A stretch of 64,000 nt of DNA from NCBI GenBank assembly GCA_037310415.1, contig CP147780.1, positions 2,432,001-2,496,000 of the forward strand, in the 5' to 3' direction. The position numbers were made by a program, and so were the translations under genes. Positions within the stretch are counted from its first letter, which is position 1; every line of letters starts with the position of its first letter. The notes under the pieces were generated by a model. It saw nothing but the letters and a program-made list of their open reading frames with translations. It did not search any database and was not told where the DNA came from. Source of the DNA: Candidatus Atabeyarchaeum deiterrae. Lineage in GTDB: Archaea > Asgardarchaeota > Atabeyarchaeia > Atabeyarchaeales > Atabeyarchaeaceae. Shown here piece by piece: positions 49,077-59,832 of this stretch.

Positions 49077-50003
49077 CTAATTCGAGGGGCGCCGGTAGCT
49101 CTGTCCCTCGACGATCGATGTCTCTCTCACGACACTGACCAGCACCCACAGGATCACGGCTGTTGTCAACAGCATTAGGCCCACCATCGTTGCTCCAATC
49201 GCTATCAACGTGACATTAGTTATTACTTGTCTTGTTGCCGCGAAGTTCTGGATAGTCCATATCCAAAATATAAGAGAAATTGACAATGCAACAACCCCAG
49301 GTATGCCATAGAAGCTTAACGGTCTTCGGATTGATAATCGTTTTATCACACTTAATGCAACACCACCAGCTTGCGACACGGAGCCCTGCTTCGATGGGTA
49401 AGGAACATCGTATCTAACCGTTATTGGCACTTCAACCATTCGCAGTTTCTTCTCTTCCGCTTTCATAATGAGTTCCGAATCTACGCCTATGCCCATCTCT
49501 GTCGGAACCAAACACCTTAAGGCCACCCTACTATAAGCTCTGAAACCCGATTGGGTATCAGCGATATGCCTGTCCGTAATCGCATTCAGCATCTTATTGC
49601 CAATCGCTCGGCGCCTAGGAACCTTAGTCTTTCCTTTCATTTCCTTCATGAATCTCGATCCGACGACTATATCAGCACGTCTTGCCTGCAAAGCTTTGGT
49701 AAGTTTTGGTATTTCGTTGGGATCGTGTTGTCCGTCAGCATCGATTGTAACTACAATGTCGGCACCGACGCTCCTAGCAGTATTGAAAAGAGTGCGCAAG
49801 GCAGAGCCTTTACCCATGTTTCTAGCATGCCTTAACACGGTTACGCCAAGAGCTTCTGCAATATCGTAAGTCATATCTTCCGATCCGTCGTCGCATACGA
49901 TGATCTGATTCACGTACGGTCGCGTCTGAAGTATGACCTTGGCTATTGTTGCCTCTTCGTTGTACGCTGGTATAACGGCGACGATCAAAGGTTTCCTACT
50001 CAA
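49077..50003 (-). CDS. GT2 polyprenol-phosphate glycosyltransferase with 2 C-terminal TMs
   Basis: IPAYNEE, DDGSED, NMGKG, DADGQH and DTQSGFRAY motifs. Confidence 0.92.
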   Translation of the reverse strand: MSRKPLIVAVIPAYNEEATIAKVILQTRPYVNQIIVCDDGSEDMTYDIAEALGVTVLRHARNMGKGSALRTLFNTARSVGADIVVTIDADGQHDPNEIPKLTKALQARRADIVVGSRFMKEMKGKTKVPRRRAIGNKMLNAITDRHIADTQSGFRAYSRVALRCLVPTEMGIGVDSELIMKAEEKKLRMVEVPITVRYDVPYPSKQGSVSQAGGVALSVIKRLSIRRPLSFYGIPGVVALSISLIFWIWTIQNFAATRQVITNVTLIAIGATMVGLMLLTTAVILWVLVSVVRETSIVEGQSYRRPSN

Positions 50004-50257
50004 ATTCCACCCGCCCCGTCAGTCAGTGAACTTTCCTGGTCTTCCCAAGTTGCCGACACTCCTCTGCGAGCTGGATAGTCTATATCTGTAGCACGGGTTT
50101 TCAGAACCAAAGTCAGATTTGTGCTTTCCAGAGGATCGATGTCTGCTCGTCGCAGAAGCATGTGCAACGCCATACATACTTGAACGGAATCACTTTTCTG
50201 CTACTAGTCTCTATAGAATACAAGAGACACCCATCTGTAAGATCCTAATGAATCTTG

Positions 50258-51490
50258 CTATTTTCCGTGATTCCTCATCACATAGGATATGGCTTGAATG
50301 AACCCCTGAATCATTTTGTCGACAGAAAAACGCTTCTTTATCATTTCCTTGGATTTCAGGCCCATCTTAGAGGTAAGTGAGTCTGACGTTATCAACGTAA
50401 CGAATCGATCAACAAATGCGTCAAGATCACCTTCCTTGACAATGAAGCCATTTTCGCCTTGCCTGACGATGCCAGGAAGCGAAAGGAGAAGGTTGTTCTG
50501 ATCCGAGATAACTATAGGTTTTCCGCATGCCATAGCTTCGACCACTGTGATTCCTCCCTGCGATGGCAAGCAAAATACGTCCGAAAGATCGTAGTAGAGA
50601 GGCATATCTAAATAGGTTATCTTGCCCAAGAAATGAACGTCCTTCAGGCGCTTTTCGGCTTTCAACTTCAACAAGTAATTCTTGTCAGGACCATCACCTA
50701 TAATCAAGAGTGCAGCGTATGGGACTTCGCCCTTTAGCCTTCTAAACATCTCAAGGAGATGATCTACTTTCTTACGCCTCTCCAAAGAACCCACGTACAC
50801 TATTGTCTTCTTTCCCTGTAACCCTAACCTACTCCGCAGATTGGCTATCTCATTTCCTCTTTTTGAGATTATCCTTTCAAATAACTTGTTGTTCACGGTG
50901 TTAGGTGCGATGAATATCTTTCTCGAATCTGCACCTAGATAAGTCTGAAAATCTTTCGAGCCCTCACCATACACGACAGCAGCATCCTCATGTCTAGTTA
51001 TGAACCGCACAAAGATGTAAGCAACTTTCTTAATTATGCTATCAGTGGATTTTGGCGCATTGTCTTTTATGTTTCCGCCATCCCATATGATTAGACGCTT
51101 CCCAGCTAGCTTACAAAAGACAAAAAGCGGAATGAGGTTCAGAATAAAACCTGCTCCTTCAGTAATAACAACATCATGCTTGCCTTTCGCTATCGCTGGT
51201 AAGAGAGTTGGAAGAAGGTTAAGAGCACGCTTCCAGTGAAAAGGTGACTCCTGCAGACTTCCAGGGTAGACAAATGTTGGAAGAAACCTGTATTTGAAAG
51301 TAAAATCTAATTTTGACAGCTCGGATTCGGTAAATGACATGTGCTCGCGGTTCTTGCCAGGATTGCCGAAGTAGAAGACAAAGTCTACGCCTTCGGATCT
51401 GGCCAGCTCTTCGTAGAAGCCTGAATTGTAAGGAGTGCACACATTCTGAATAAACGCTACTCTTAGAGCGTCATTTCCCGCATGTGGCAA
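50258..51490 (-). CDS. GT4 glycosyltransferase
   Basis: YVGSLERRK and VEAMACGKPIV motifs. Confidence 0.92.
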   Translation of the reverse strand: MPHAGNDALRVAFIQNVCTPYNSGFYEELARSEGVDFVFYFGNPGKNREHMSFTESELSKLDFTFKYRFLPTFVYPGSLQESPFHWKRALNLLPTLLPAIAKGKHDVVITEGAGFILNLIPLFVFCKLAGKRLIIWDGGNIKDNAPKSTDSIIKKVAYIFVRFITRHEDAAVVYGEGSKDFQTYLGADSRKIFIAPNTVNNKLFERIISKRGNEIANLRSRLGLQGKKTIVYVGSLERRKKVDHLLEMFRRLKGEVPYAALLIIGDGPDKNYLLKLKAEKRLKDVHFLGKITYLDMPLYYDLSDVFCLPSQGGITVVEAMACGKPIVISDQNNLLLSLPGIVRQGENGFIVKEGDLDAFVDRFVTLITSDSLTSKMGLKSKEMIKKRFSVDKMIQGFIQAISYVMRNHGK

Positions 51491-51670
51491 TTCAATTTAC
51501 CCCGAGAATTTCTCAAGCCAAAGTTGGCGTCATTGCGTCAGACTTTACGGACTCACTTTGTCTTTATTTAAATCTTTCCGACTTTCTAATTCTCGGAGTA
51601 ATCGCTTGAGGTTCGCGATGATATTGAGGGCGTACTTGGCGATCCATAGCCTCAGCAGTCTCTGGAATAT

Positions 51671-51930
51671 CTATCTCGTGCTTCTTGGATTGATAGCTTT
51701 GACAACTACATCTCCGCCTAGATGCGAAGACAAGATGCTTAAACCTGAGAATCCGACAGCGCGAGTCAAGTTAATGATGCTGAATTTCGACATTTTCAGA
51801 TCACTAGTCATTGTCCGTTTAGTGAATCTTGGACGCGTGCTCAGTCGGCACCACCCAAGCCATATTGAGTTGGCTACCTGCCGCACGACAAGGTAATGCC
51901 GTCGTAAATACGATCATCCTGTTGGATGTT
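51671..51930 (-). pseudogene. Possible frameshifted C-terminal remnant of a class I SAM methyltransferase
   Basis: MIVFTTALP...EH in one frame, then FTKRTMTSDLKMSKFSIIN...LGGDVVVKA in another. Resembles type-11 methyltransferase tails. Confidence 0.35.
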
Positions 51931-51983
51931 TGCTCAGGGCCAATCATCCTGCGATGGGTGGGCAATGTCTGGATTCCAGAAAA

Positions 51984-52982
51984 TCAAAGATAGCTCTGGA
52001 TTCTGTTGGAATAGAATTGAACGGTGTTCTTCAATCCTTCTTCAAGCTCCGTCTTGGGATACCATCCTAAGAGTCTAACTATCTTCCTAATGTTCAAAGA
52101 GACGTCTCCAACTTCCGTTGATTTTCTCTCAGGTGGCCATGGAAGAAATCTCCATTCTCCCCTGCCAGTCACTTTTATTATCAGTTTAACCAAATCTATG
52201 AACTTGTAGGCCTTGCCTGATGCCACGAAGAATACTTCACCATTAGCCTCGGTAGACTGGGCAGCCAAGATCATTGAATCGACGACATCGTCGACATAGA
52301 CGCAGTCACGTGTTTGCGTCCCGGGTTCGTATACCGTTATGACTTCGTTCAAGAGGGCCATCCTGATGAGATAGTTTATTATCCCGTAGCCCTTCTGCTT
52401 TATTTGAGCTCTTGGACCATATGTGTTGCTCAATCTAAGAGAAGTTGTCGGAATACCATAGACAGAATGGTAAATCAAGTGATACTTTTCAGCTGCAGAC
52501 TTGTTTGCGGCATAAATATCAGTCGGGAACTCGGGGTGTCTTTCATCTATTGGCGAGTACTCCATTTTGCCCACTTGCGAACGTGTTCCTGTGTAGACTA
52601 TCTTGACATCGTCATTGAACCGTCTTGCCGCCTCAAGGAGATTGATTGTTCCCCTGCAGTTTATGTCAATATCGGTACCTGGATCGTTCATGGATTCTGT
52701 ATGACTTGCTTGTGCTGCGCAATTAAAGATGAGGTCTTTGTTCTTAACATGTTCCTTTAATCGATCGAAATCACGTATGTCTGCTCTCACATCCGCGACT
52801 TTGTCCTTGATTTCTTGGATATTCACCAAGCTGCCGCCATATTGCGGTAACAAAGCATCGTAACTTGTCACATTTGCCCCAAGCTTAACCAAGATATGAG
52901 CTAAGTTGCTACCGACGAACCCCAACCCGCCAGTAATCAGAACGTTTTGGTCATCCATTCTCTTGAGTTCATATTCGCGCAT
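51984..52982 (-). CDS. NAD-dependent nucleotide-sugar epimerase/dehydratase
   Basis: TGGLGFVGSN, YAANK, NTYGPR and RDCVYVDD motifs. Confidence 0.93.
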   Translation of the reverse strand: MREYELKRMDDQNVLITGGLGFVGSNLAHILVKLGANVTSYDALLPQYGGSLVNIQEIKDKVADVRADIRDFDRLKEHVKNKDLIFNCAAQASHTESMNDPGTDIDINCRGTINLLEAARRFNDDVKIVYTGTRSQVGKMEYSPIDERHPEFPTDIYAANKSAAEKYHLIYHSVYGIPTTSLRLSNTYGPRAQIKQKGYGIINYLIRMALLNEVITVYEPGTQTRDCVYVDDVVDSMILAAQSTEANGEVFFVASGKAYKFIDLVKLIIKVTGRGEWRFLPWPPERKSTEVGDVSLNIRKIVRLLGWYPKTELEEGLKNTVQFYSNRIQSYL

Positions 52983-53115
52983 TGTCTTTGCACCTTGATT
53001 CTCTCATGGCCGATGACGGCTCCTTCCAATAAGGCTTGAAGCCAGACCAAATAACGCTTCTGGCAGATCCTGAGACTGTGCTCATGTCAGTTGTCTTTGA
53101 TCATCTATAGAGATA

Positions 53116-54222
53116 TCATTGCTTCTCTTCGAAGAATATTTTGATCATGCCGGCAACTTTCTCAACTTGCTCTCCCTTGAGTTCGGCGAAAATAGGCAAA
53201 CTCAGTATTTCGTCTGCGACTTCTTCTGTGAGCGGCAACGAACCTCTGCGCATCCCCAAGTCCTTGTATGCCATCTGCAGATGGATGGGGATCGGATAGT
53301 GAACCAGAGTAGTTATCCCTTTTGATTCCATGAAGCGTTGCAACTGATCTCGTTTTCGGCACCTAACTACGTAAAGATGGTATATGTGTCTGGCATAATC
53401 CTTCTCCACTGGGCAGGCCAGATCAGTCCCTTGAAGCAATTCATTATAGAGTCTGGCGATATCTCTTCTCTTCCGGTTCCATTCATCCAAATGTCTCAGT
53501 TTTACTCTGAGTATCGCCGCCTGCATTTCGTCAAGCCTGCTGTTAATTCCCTTGAGTGAATGCACGTATCTTGTTTCCTGACCGTAGTTCCTCAGTAGAG
53601 AAACTTTCGCAGCTATTCCATTGTCATTTGTAATTACGATTCCAGCATCTCCATAAGCGCCCAAATTCTTTGTTGGATAAAAGCTGAAGCAGCCAACGTC
53701 ACCTAATCCCCCGACTTTTCTGGCGTTGTACTCTGTGCCATGAGCTTGGGCTGCGTCCTCAATAACTAGCAGGTTGTTTGCGTGTGCAAGTTCCACCAAG
53801 GGATCCATGTCGACGGGGTGACCGAACAGGTGCACGGGCAGAATGGCTTTGGTTCTCTTGGTTATTCGCTCTTTGATTTTTGACGCGTCCATTTCATAAG
53901 TTTCTGGGTCTATGTCAACAAATACAGGTTTCGCACCTGAAAGGGAAATTGCAAGGGCGGTTGCTACTGCCGTGTTGGCCACAGTAATAACTTCATCCCC
54001 GTCTCCTATTTTGTGGGCAAGTAAAGCCAGTTGAAGTGCTTCCAGTCCGTTGCCTACGCCTACTGCGAATTTGACTCCACAGTAATCTGCGAATTCTTTT
54101 TCGAATGCCTTAACTTGCGCACCTAGGATATACCAGCCGCTTTCCAGAACTTCGGAGATCGCCTTGTCGATTTCTTCTTTGATCGAGCAGTATTGTAGCC
54201 TGAAATCATTCATGGGGATCAT
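53116..54222 (-). CDS. DegT/DnrJ/EryC1/StrS sugar aminotransferase (FdtB/QdtB-like)
   Basis: [21 protein letters not shown] and [10 protein letters not shown] motifs. Confidence 0.95.
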   Translation of the reverse strand: MIPMNDFRLQYCSIKEEIDKAISEVLESGWYILGAQVKAFEKEFADYCGVKFAVGVGNGLEALQLALLAHKIGDGDEVITVANTAVATALAISLSGAKPVFVDIDPETYEMDASKIKERITKRTKAILPVHLFGHPVDMDPLVELAHANNLLVIEDAAQAHGTEYNARKVGGLGDVGCFSFYPTKNLGAYGDAGIVITNDNGIAAKVSLLRNYGQETRYVHSLKGINSRLDEMQAAILRVKLRHLDEWNRKRRDIARLYNELLQGTDLACPVEKDYARHIYHLYVVRCRKRDQLQRFMESKGITTLVHYPIPIHLQMAYKDLGMRRGSLPLTEEVADEILSLPIFAELKGEQVEKVAGMIKIFFEEKQ

Positions 54223-54475
54223 TGATTACACCATCGAGTTTGAGCTGATGCTCCTGAATACTGGAATATGCTTTTTCTTAAGGTTATCCTTCGATCGTGA
54301 TCAAATAGGGAAACAGCTTTTTTCGTTAGCTCACCTCTACTGTCTTCTTACGTTGGCAACAAACGTCTAGTTCAATTGATTCGTCAGTAGGACATAGCCC
54401 CTTGATACTAGAAAAGCTCAGTATCAGAGCCTTTTGAGGCGACCTCTAAAGCCCATCTTTTCTAGTCAATACAAT

Positions 54476-55240
54476 CTATTTCAGTACCTTGAACATGTAG
54501 AAGAAGTTAGTGTCGTAGTACTCGTAGTCAGAAGTAATGGGCAGCTGGTAACTCGTCTTTCCTGCGAGATACACGGGAAGAGGGATCCACCAGCCTTTTT
54601 TGCAGCTCTTGATGAGCTTGAATCCACGTGATTCCAGATGAGTAATGAACTCATCAAAAGTCCACTTGTTGCGATGATCTGGATTCTGCCCCTTTACGTG
54701 ATACTTGTAGCAATAATTGTTCGGGATGCTTACAAGGAACAACGCCTTCGGTCTCGCCACACGGCGAATTTCATCTAGGGCTTTATCTACTTGTGGAATA
54801 TGTTCTAACACTTCAGTAGCAGTCAGTACATCCACTTGATTTGAATCTAACGGTATCTTGGTAGCAGATGCGATGGCAATATTTGTAGATTTAGATCTCA
54901 ATGCTAAATCTAGGGTGTATTCCGAGAACGAGATATCAAACGCATTATAGGTTAATTGTCTCGGTAACTGCTTTTTTAGCCTCAGATCACCACATCCAAT
55001 ATCCAAGAAAGTTGTACCCTTGTTCACGTTTTCCCTGATCCACCCGCCAATAATTCCATGTATGAAACCAGAAACAAAGAAGTAGTCGCGTAAATACGCG
55101 AGAGGTTTGGCAAAAGACATTACTCTCCTCATGAGGGGGGAATATTGCAGTATTGGATTCATGGGGACTTCCTCGCCCACAGGAATTCTGCTACCCTTGA
55201 GAACTAGGTATTTCGATACTTTCCACTCTAGCGCGCCCAC
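54476..55240 (-). CDS. Class I SAM-dependent methyltransferase (type 11)
   Basis: LDIGCG, EVLEHI and SIPN motifs. Confidence 0.9.
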   Translation of the reverse strand: MGALEWKVSKYLVLKGSRIPVGEEVPMNPILQYSPLMRRVMSFAKPLAYLRDYFFVSGFIHGIIGGWIRENVNKGTTFLDIGCGDLRLKKQLPRQLTYNAFDISFSEYTLDLALRSKSTNIAIASATKIPLDSNQVDVLTATEVLEHIPQVDKALDEIRRVARPKALFLVSIPNNYCYKYHVKGQNPDHRNKWTFDEFITHLESRGFKLIKSCKKGWWIPLPVYLAGKTSYQLPITSDYEYYDTNFFYMFKVLK

Positions 55241-55519
55241 GACCCATTAACCCCCTAACGCCTTATCGACAATCGCTTCTTGCAGGCAATCCGAATGATC
55301 AATTTCGAAAAGTCTTCCTTCAGCCGGGTTGCCTTGCTCATTCTAATCTCATTGGCGTCTTATATTCAAGAACACTCGCATATATGCATTACTATTAGCT
55401 GTCAGAAAAGTTTAGCCAAACGTTTCTCGTTCATCTCTGGCACTTGCTGGGGTCTTGGAAGCGGACTGCTTCTCGGAGCCGCATAGTCGTCGGACCGTGT
55501 AGGGTTAGGCCAAGGAGTT

Positions 55520-57052
55520 TCACGTTTTCTGTTCGCCATAAAGGATTCGAAGCAACCAGCGGAGTCTTTCACCTGTCCGAGCAACTTTTTCCTTTGAGGC
55601 AAAAGCCAGAGCTATATCTGATAGATCGCTGCGTTCGATCACGCCTAGTCTTCCATATGCTAAGACCGATACGAGAAATATGATCATACCTCCGATAAAC
55701 CAGTCTAGTCTCAGGAAGAAATCTAGCATCGCTACAGCCAAGGGGACTGCGATTGTTGCAGTGATCTTCCATATTGATGCTTGAAACCGTGTTGCTTTCG
55801 AGACGATCACAGCTGCGACCAGACCCGTGATCGAACCTAAAAGGAATGTCAAGGCAGCTCCAAATCCGCTATAGATTGGAACAAAATAGAAATACAGAGC
55901 GACTCGCGGAATATTCGTTGCCAGACCGATTCCAAGTACTTTTCCATAGCAGCCTTTGGCATATACAAAGCTAGTGATAGCTGAAATGATCGTCAGAGGG
56001 ATTACGCTCAAAGCTAGAAGGGACAGGGTGGATGCTGCATCCGTGAATCCTGCACCCAAGAATGAGAGTGGAAAACTCGAATAAAATGCAAGGAAGATCC
56101 CGAAAGGACATGCTATCGCTAATGAGAGTTTCAGCACTTTCCATTCCATTCCTCGACTTGTATCATCAGAACCACTAAGGAGCGGGAAGAGTATTGACAA
56201 GAAGCTGGTTGGCAACATGGCGAGGATGCCAAAGATTGCGTAGGATACATAGTATGTTCCTCCTTCGGCAAACCCTTGAATGCCAGAAACTGCTAGGATG
56301 CCCAATTGTTGACCGACTAGAGCCATAAGTTGGGGAAGCCAACTCGGGAAACCCGCTCGCACGGATTCGCGCAGTGCCTTCGAAGAGAGGCGCACCTCCG
56401 CACTACCTAGGCGCTTCAATTGCCTAGAAGTGAAGATCATCATCAGGGTTATGAGAGCTAGATTGCCCAGTAGTATTCCGATTACTGCTCCAAACCATCC
56501 GAAGCCCATGTAGACCAAGAAAACGCCAAAAACAACTTTGACAATGCTCGAAATGATATATGCAACAGCCCAATACTGTGTTTTTAAAGTTGACGTGAAA
56601 AATGCGTCAAACATCCCTGAAAAGCTCAGCAGAATCATGAACCCCGCCAAAATCAGCATTGTGTTGTCGAATTGCCAAATGGTCACGCCAAGCAAGGCCA
56701 CAACCCAAATGAAGACTGCTGACAGCAGGCAAAACATCGCAGTGAATACAAAAGACGACCAGAAATGGGTTCTTAGACTTTTGATATTCCTGTGACCGAA
56801 ATCTCGACCTAGAAACCGTTGAACTCCAATTGGCACTCCTAATGTGGCGAACCATGAGACAAGCAAACTCAAACTGTAGATGGAACTCGCTATGCCAACG
56901 GCTTGCCTCCCGCTGAGAATCAAGATGAGAAACCAGTACGCGTATGCAAGTACTGCTGTTACAACCGATCCCACGAAAAGGAACAACCCACTGCGTGCAA
57001 CGCCACCAATACTCAAATCGTGTTCCAAGCCTCCATTGGTTCCATAGCTCAA
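55520..57052 (-). CDS. Oligosaccharide flippase (Wzx/AglR-like MOP exporter)
   Basis: About 14 TMs within the glycan locus; LGV..GVQRF and G..GAA patterns. Confidence 0.85.
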   Translation of the reverse strand: MSYGTNGGLEHDLSIGGVARSGLFLFVGSVVTAVLAYAYWFLILILSGRQAVGIASSIYSLSLLVSWFATLGVPIGVQRFLGRDFGHRNIKSLRTHFWSSFVFTAMFCLLSAVFIWVVALLGVTIWQFDNTMLILAGFMILLSFSGMFDAFFTSTLKTQYWAVAYIISSIVKVVFGVFLVYMGFGWFGAVIGILLGNLALITLMMIFTSRQLKRLGSAEVRLSSKALRESVRAGFPSWLPQLMALVGQQLGILAVSGIQGFAEGGTYYVSYAIFGILAMLPTSFLSILFPLLSGSDDTSRGMEWKVLKLSLAIACPFGIFLAFYSSFPLSFLGAGFTDAASTLSLLALSVIPLTIISAITSFVYAKGCYGKVLGIGLATNIPRVALYFYFVPIYSGFGAALTFLLGSITGLVAAVIVSKATRFQASIWKITATIAVPLAVAMLDFFLRLDWFIGGMIIFLVSVLAYGRLGVIERSDLSDIALAFASKEKVARTGERLRWLLRILYGEQKT

Positions 57053-57332
57053 ATGAGTTACCGCTACAATTTATTTCATGATTTCTTGCTAGATTATCTG
57101 GGGGCACGTCCCACTTGATCCGTTACAGCTTGGACCTTCTTGGATTACTACCGATGGTCTTCAGCTGAACTCATTTGGCCATAGGGCTCTGGTTTACCGA
57201 TTCAGAAGTTTGTCATGCAACGCAAGTGATGGTAGTATAAGATCTCTTTTTAGCGTTCCTATAAATACTATAGGTGTCGTTAGTAGTAATGAACTGAAGA
57301 CTGCTAGGTCATCTTTCGAAGATGGCGATCAA

Positions 57333-58643
57333 ATGATCTCGATAGTCGTCGTTTACAATGACAAGCGATCACTAAACCAAATTCTACTTAGTAGTCTGAA
57401 TAAGCAAACTTCCAAGTTTGAGTTGTTAGCTCTTGATAACACTAAGGGCAGATTCGTATCTGCAGCAGAAGCGCTGAACTACGGGGGAGCAAAAGGAACT
57501 GGAAAGTACTTGATGTTTGTCCACCAAGACGTAGAACTAGACTCCGAGTCGTGGTTGAAGAAGGTCGAGCAGGTTCTTGATCGCATAGATGACCTCGGAG
57601 TTGCTGGAGTAGCTGGCATGAGCGAAAGAGGAAGGACAAATAGGGAAAGGGGAAGGGGGTGTATAAGTAACAACGGCGTGATTTGGGAATGGGGTAACCC
57701 CGTCAAAAAACCTCAGCCAGTACAGACCCTAGACGAGTGCCTATTAATAGTACCAAAAGTGGTTTTCAATAAGGTCAAGTTCGATCAAAAGACATTTGAC
57801 TACTGGCACAGTTACGGTGTGGACTATTGTCTGACTGTGAGAAAAAAGGGGCTAAAAGCATATGTGATTCCTGCGTTTGTCTACCACAGGTCACATAAGA
57901 CGAACGTCAAAGATCTGCATAAATACGAAAGGAGATTGTTGGACAAACACAGGGAATATAAGCGCATCTTCACGTGCTCAGGCGAGGTTTCCAGACAAAA
58001 ACTTAGAGTGAATTCGCTCACTGATTTTATCCGGCCCTACTACAAGGAAATGTTTCCCGACAGGGTTGCGCTCTTAAAAAGAGAGTTTTTTAATGGTGAG
58101 TCCGTCTTGGATTTGGGTTGCGGTTATGATTCCCCAATTCAGTATTGTAGAGTAAGGTCTTCGCTTGGCGTCGATCTGTCTGAATCCAATCTGCAAGAGA
58201 GTAAGAAGAAATTTATTCACACACAGTACATCAAAGCTGACGTAAAGGACATACTTTTCAAACCCAAATCGTTTGATGTAGTCATGTGTCTAGAGGTTCT
58301 CGATTATCTGACCAAGGAAGAAGGCTACGGTCTGATCTTAATAATGGAGCAACTGGCAAGAGGCAAAGTCATAATATCCACTCTAAGCGGATATCTGCCG
58401 CGAGGGAAGGATGAGAATCTTGTGCGGAATCCTAAGTCCAGTTGGTCAATTGAAGAACTCGGCAGGCTTGGCTTTAAGACACGAATAGCCTACGGCTGGA
58501 GAAGACTCGCGCTCTATAGCAAGACAAGCTACAATTCTTCTTTCTTGTGGGAGAGAGTATTAGAGCTGTCCCAGAAATTTACTCATCATTTTCCAAAGCA
58601 GGCATACCAGTTGCTGTGTGTGAAAGATATCGGGCAACGCTAG
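57333..58643 (+). CDS. GT2-like glycosyltransferase fused to a SAM methyltransferase
   Basis: N-domain ISIVVVYN...ALNYG...FVHQDV...TLDECL...YGVDYCL; C-domain VLDLGCG...FDVVMCLEV. Start ATG 57333. Confidence 0.85.
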   Translation: MISIVVVYNDKRSLNQILLSSLNKQTSKFELLALDNTKGRFVSAAEALNYGGAKGTGKYLMFVHQDVELDSESWLKKVEQVLDRIDDLGVAGVAGMSERGRTNRERGRGCISNNGVIWEWGNPVKKPQPVQTLDECLLIVPKVVFNKVKFDQKTFDYWHSYGVDYCLTVRKKGLKAYVIPAFVYHRSHKTNVKDLHKYERRLLDKHREYKRIFTCSGEVSRQKLRVNSLTDFIRPYYKEMFPDRVALLKREFFNGESVLDLGCGYDSPIQYCRVRSSLGVDLSESNLQESKKKFIHTQYIKADVKDILFKPKSFDVVMCLEVLDYLTKEEGYGLILIMEQLARGKVIISTLSGYLPRGKDENLVRNPKSSWSIEELGRLGFKTRIAYGWRRLALYSKTSYNSSFLWERVLELSQKFTHHFPKQAYQLLCVKDIGQR

Positions 58644-58707
58644 ACTAATACGAATTCTCCACAAACAAACTTGTCACCAATATGGAACGACGCTCCTTGC
58701 AGCGCCC

Positions 58708-59832
58708 CTACCTTTTGTAAGCGTCCTTCATTTCCTCTATTTTGGAGATAACGAATTCTTGATCCTTTGCCTTCATCGAATGAAACATTGGAAGGGCAAT
58801 TAGGTTCCTATACAGCTTGTCCGCTATCTCTAAGTTGCCTATTTTCCTCGCATTTCTAAAGGCTGGCTGCAGGTGTAGCGCATATGTACCAATTTGTGTC
58901 TCGACGTTCTGCTTATTCAGGTCTGCGATAATTCTGTCTCTAATCCCGTCGATTTCCAAATACGCAGCGTAGGTCTGGTAAACATGTTTGGCATTCTTGT
59001 CTTTCATGGGAGGTCTCATGAAATCTGTCTTCGCTAGGAGCCTCGTGTATTCATTTGCCAATTCAATTCTCCTTGCAATTATCTTGTCTATTTTCCTCAT
59101 TTGTGCAACGCCTATTGCTGCAAGAACATCGCTCAGTTTATAGTTTGTCCCAATCCTTTCAAAACTCTTTGACTCTTTTGTCGTTCTCATGCCAAAGGTC
59201 TTCAAGGACCTGATCTCTGTCGCAAGCTCCTCGTTGTCGGTAGTAATCATCCCTCCCTCTCCAGTAGTCACCAATTTTCTGGGGTGGAAACTAAAACAGG
59301 TAATATCCGCCATCGTACCTGTCTTCTTTCCGCCATATTCCGCCCCCAACCCACAGGCCGCATCTTCTACGATTGATAGACCATACTCCCGTTTCACTTC
59401 ATCTAGCAGTTCGCAGTTTAATGGGTTGCCCCCCCATGAAACTGGAATGATGCACTTGGTCTTATTGGTTATTGCTTTCTTGACTTCCTTCATGTCTATG
59501 TTATAGGAGTGAGGCTCCACATCGACTAACACTGGTTCGGCTCCGACTAGTCTCACGACATCGGCGGTTGCAGGGTGAGTAAAATCTGGTACTATGACCT
59601 CATTTCCTGGTCCTATCTGAAGTGCTCTCAGTGAAATCTCCAAGGCTGTTGTGCAGCTTGTGGTAGCTACTGCGTACTTGGCACCGGTGAACTTTCTCAC
59701 ACTCGCCTCAAATTCCTCTGTCACTTTACCCTCTGTCAGCCATCCAGATTCGAGCACTTTCTGAATCATTTGAAGTTCTTCTTTTCCTACTACAGGCTCT
59801 ATTAGCTTGAGTCTTCTATGTTCGGCGTTCAT
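58708..59832 (-). CDS. DegT/DnrJ/EryC1/StrS sugar aminotransferase
   Basis: EDAACGLG and SFHPRKLVTTGEGG motifs. Confidence 0.95.
   Translation of the reverse strand: MNAEHRRLKLIEPVVGKEELQMIQKVLESGWLTEGKVTEEFEASVRKFTGAKYAVATTSCTTALEISLRALQIGPGNEVIVPDFTHPATADVVRLVGAEPVLVDVEPHSYNIDMKEVKKAITNKTKCIIPVSWGGNPLNCELLDEVKREYGLSIVEDAACGLGAEYGGKKTGTMADITCFSFHPRKLVTTGEGGMITTDNEELATEIRSLKTFGMRTTKESKSFERIGTNYKLSDVLAAIGVAQMRKIDKIIARRIELANEYTRLLAKTDFMRPPMKDKNAKHVYQTYAAYLEIDGIRDRIIADLNKQNVETQIGTYALHLQPAFRNARKIGNLEIADKLYRNLIALPMFHSMKAKDQEFVISKIEEMKDAYKR

Noticed and set aside
51545-51673. Open frame continuing 41 codons past the TAG at 51671 as pyrrolysine readthrough
   Set aside because: No pyl context, and the upstream part looks like a natural protein end or remnant.
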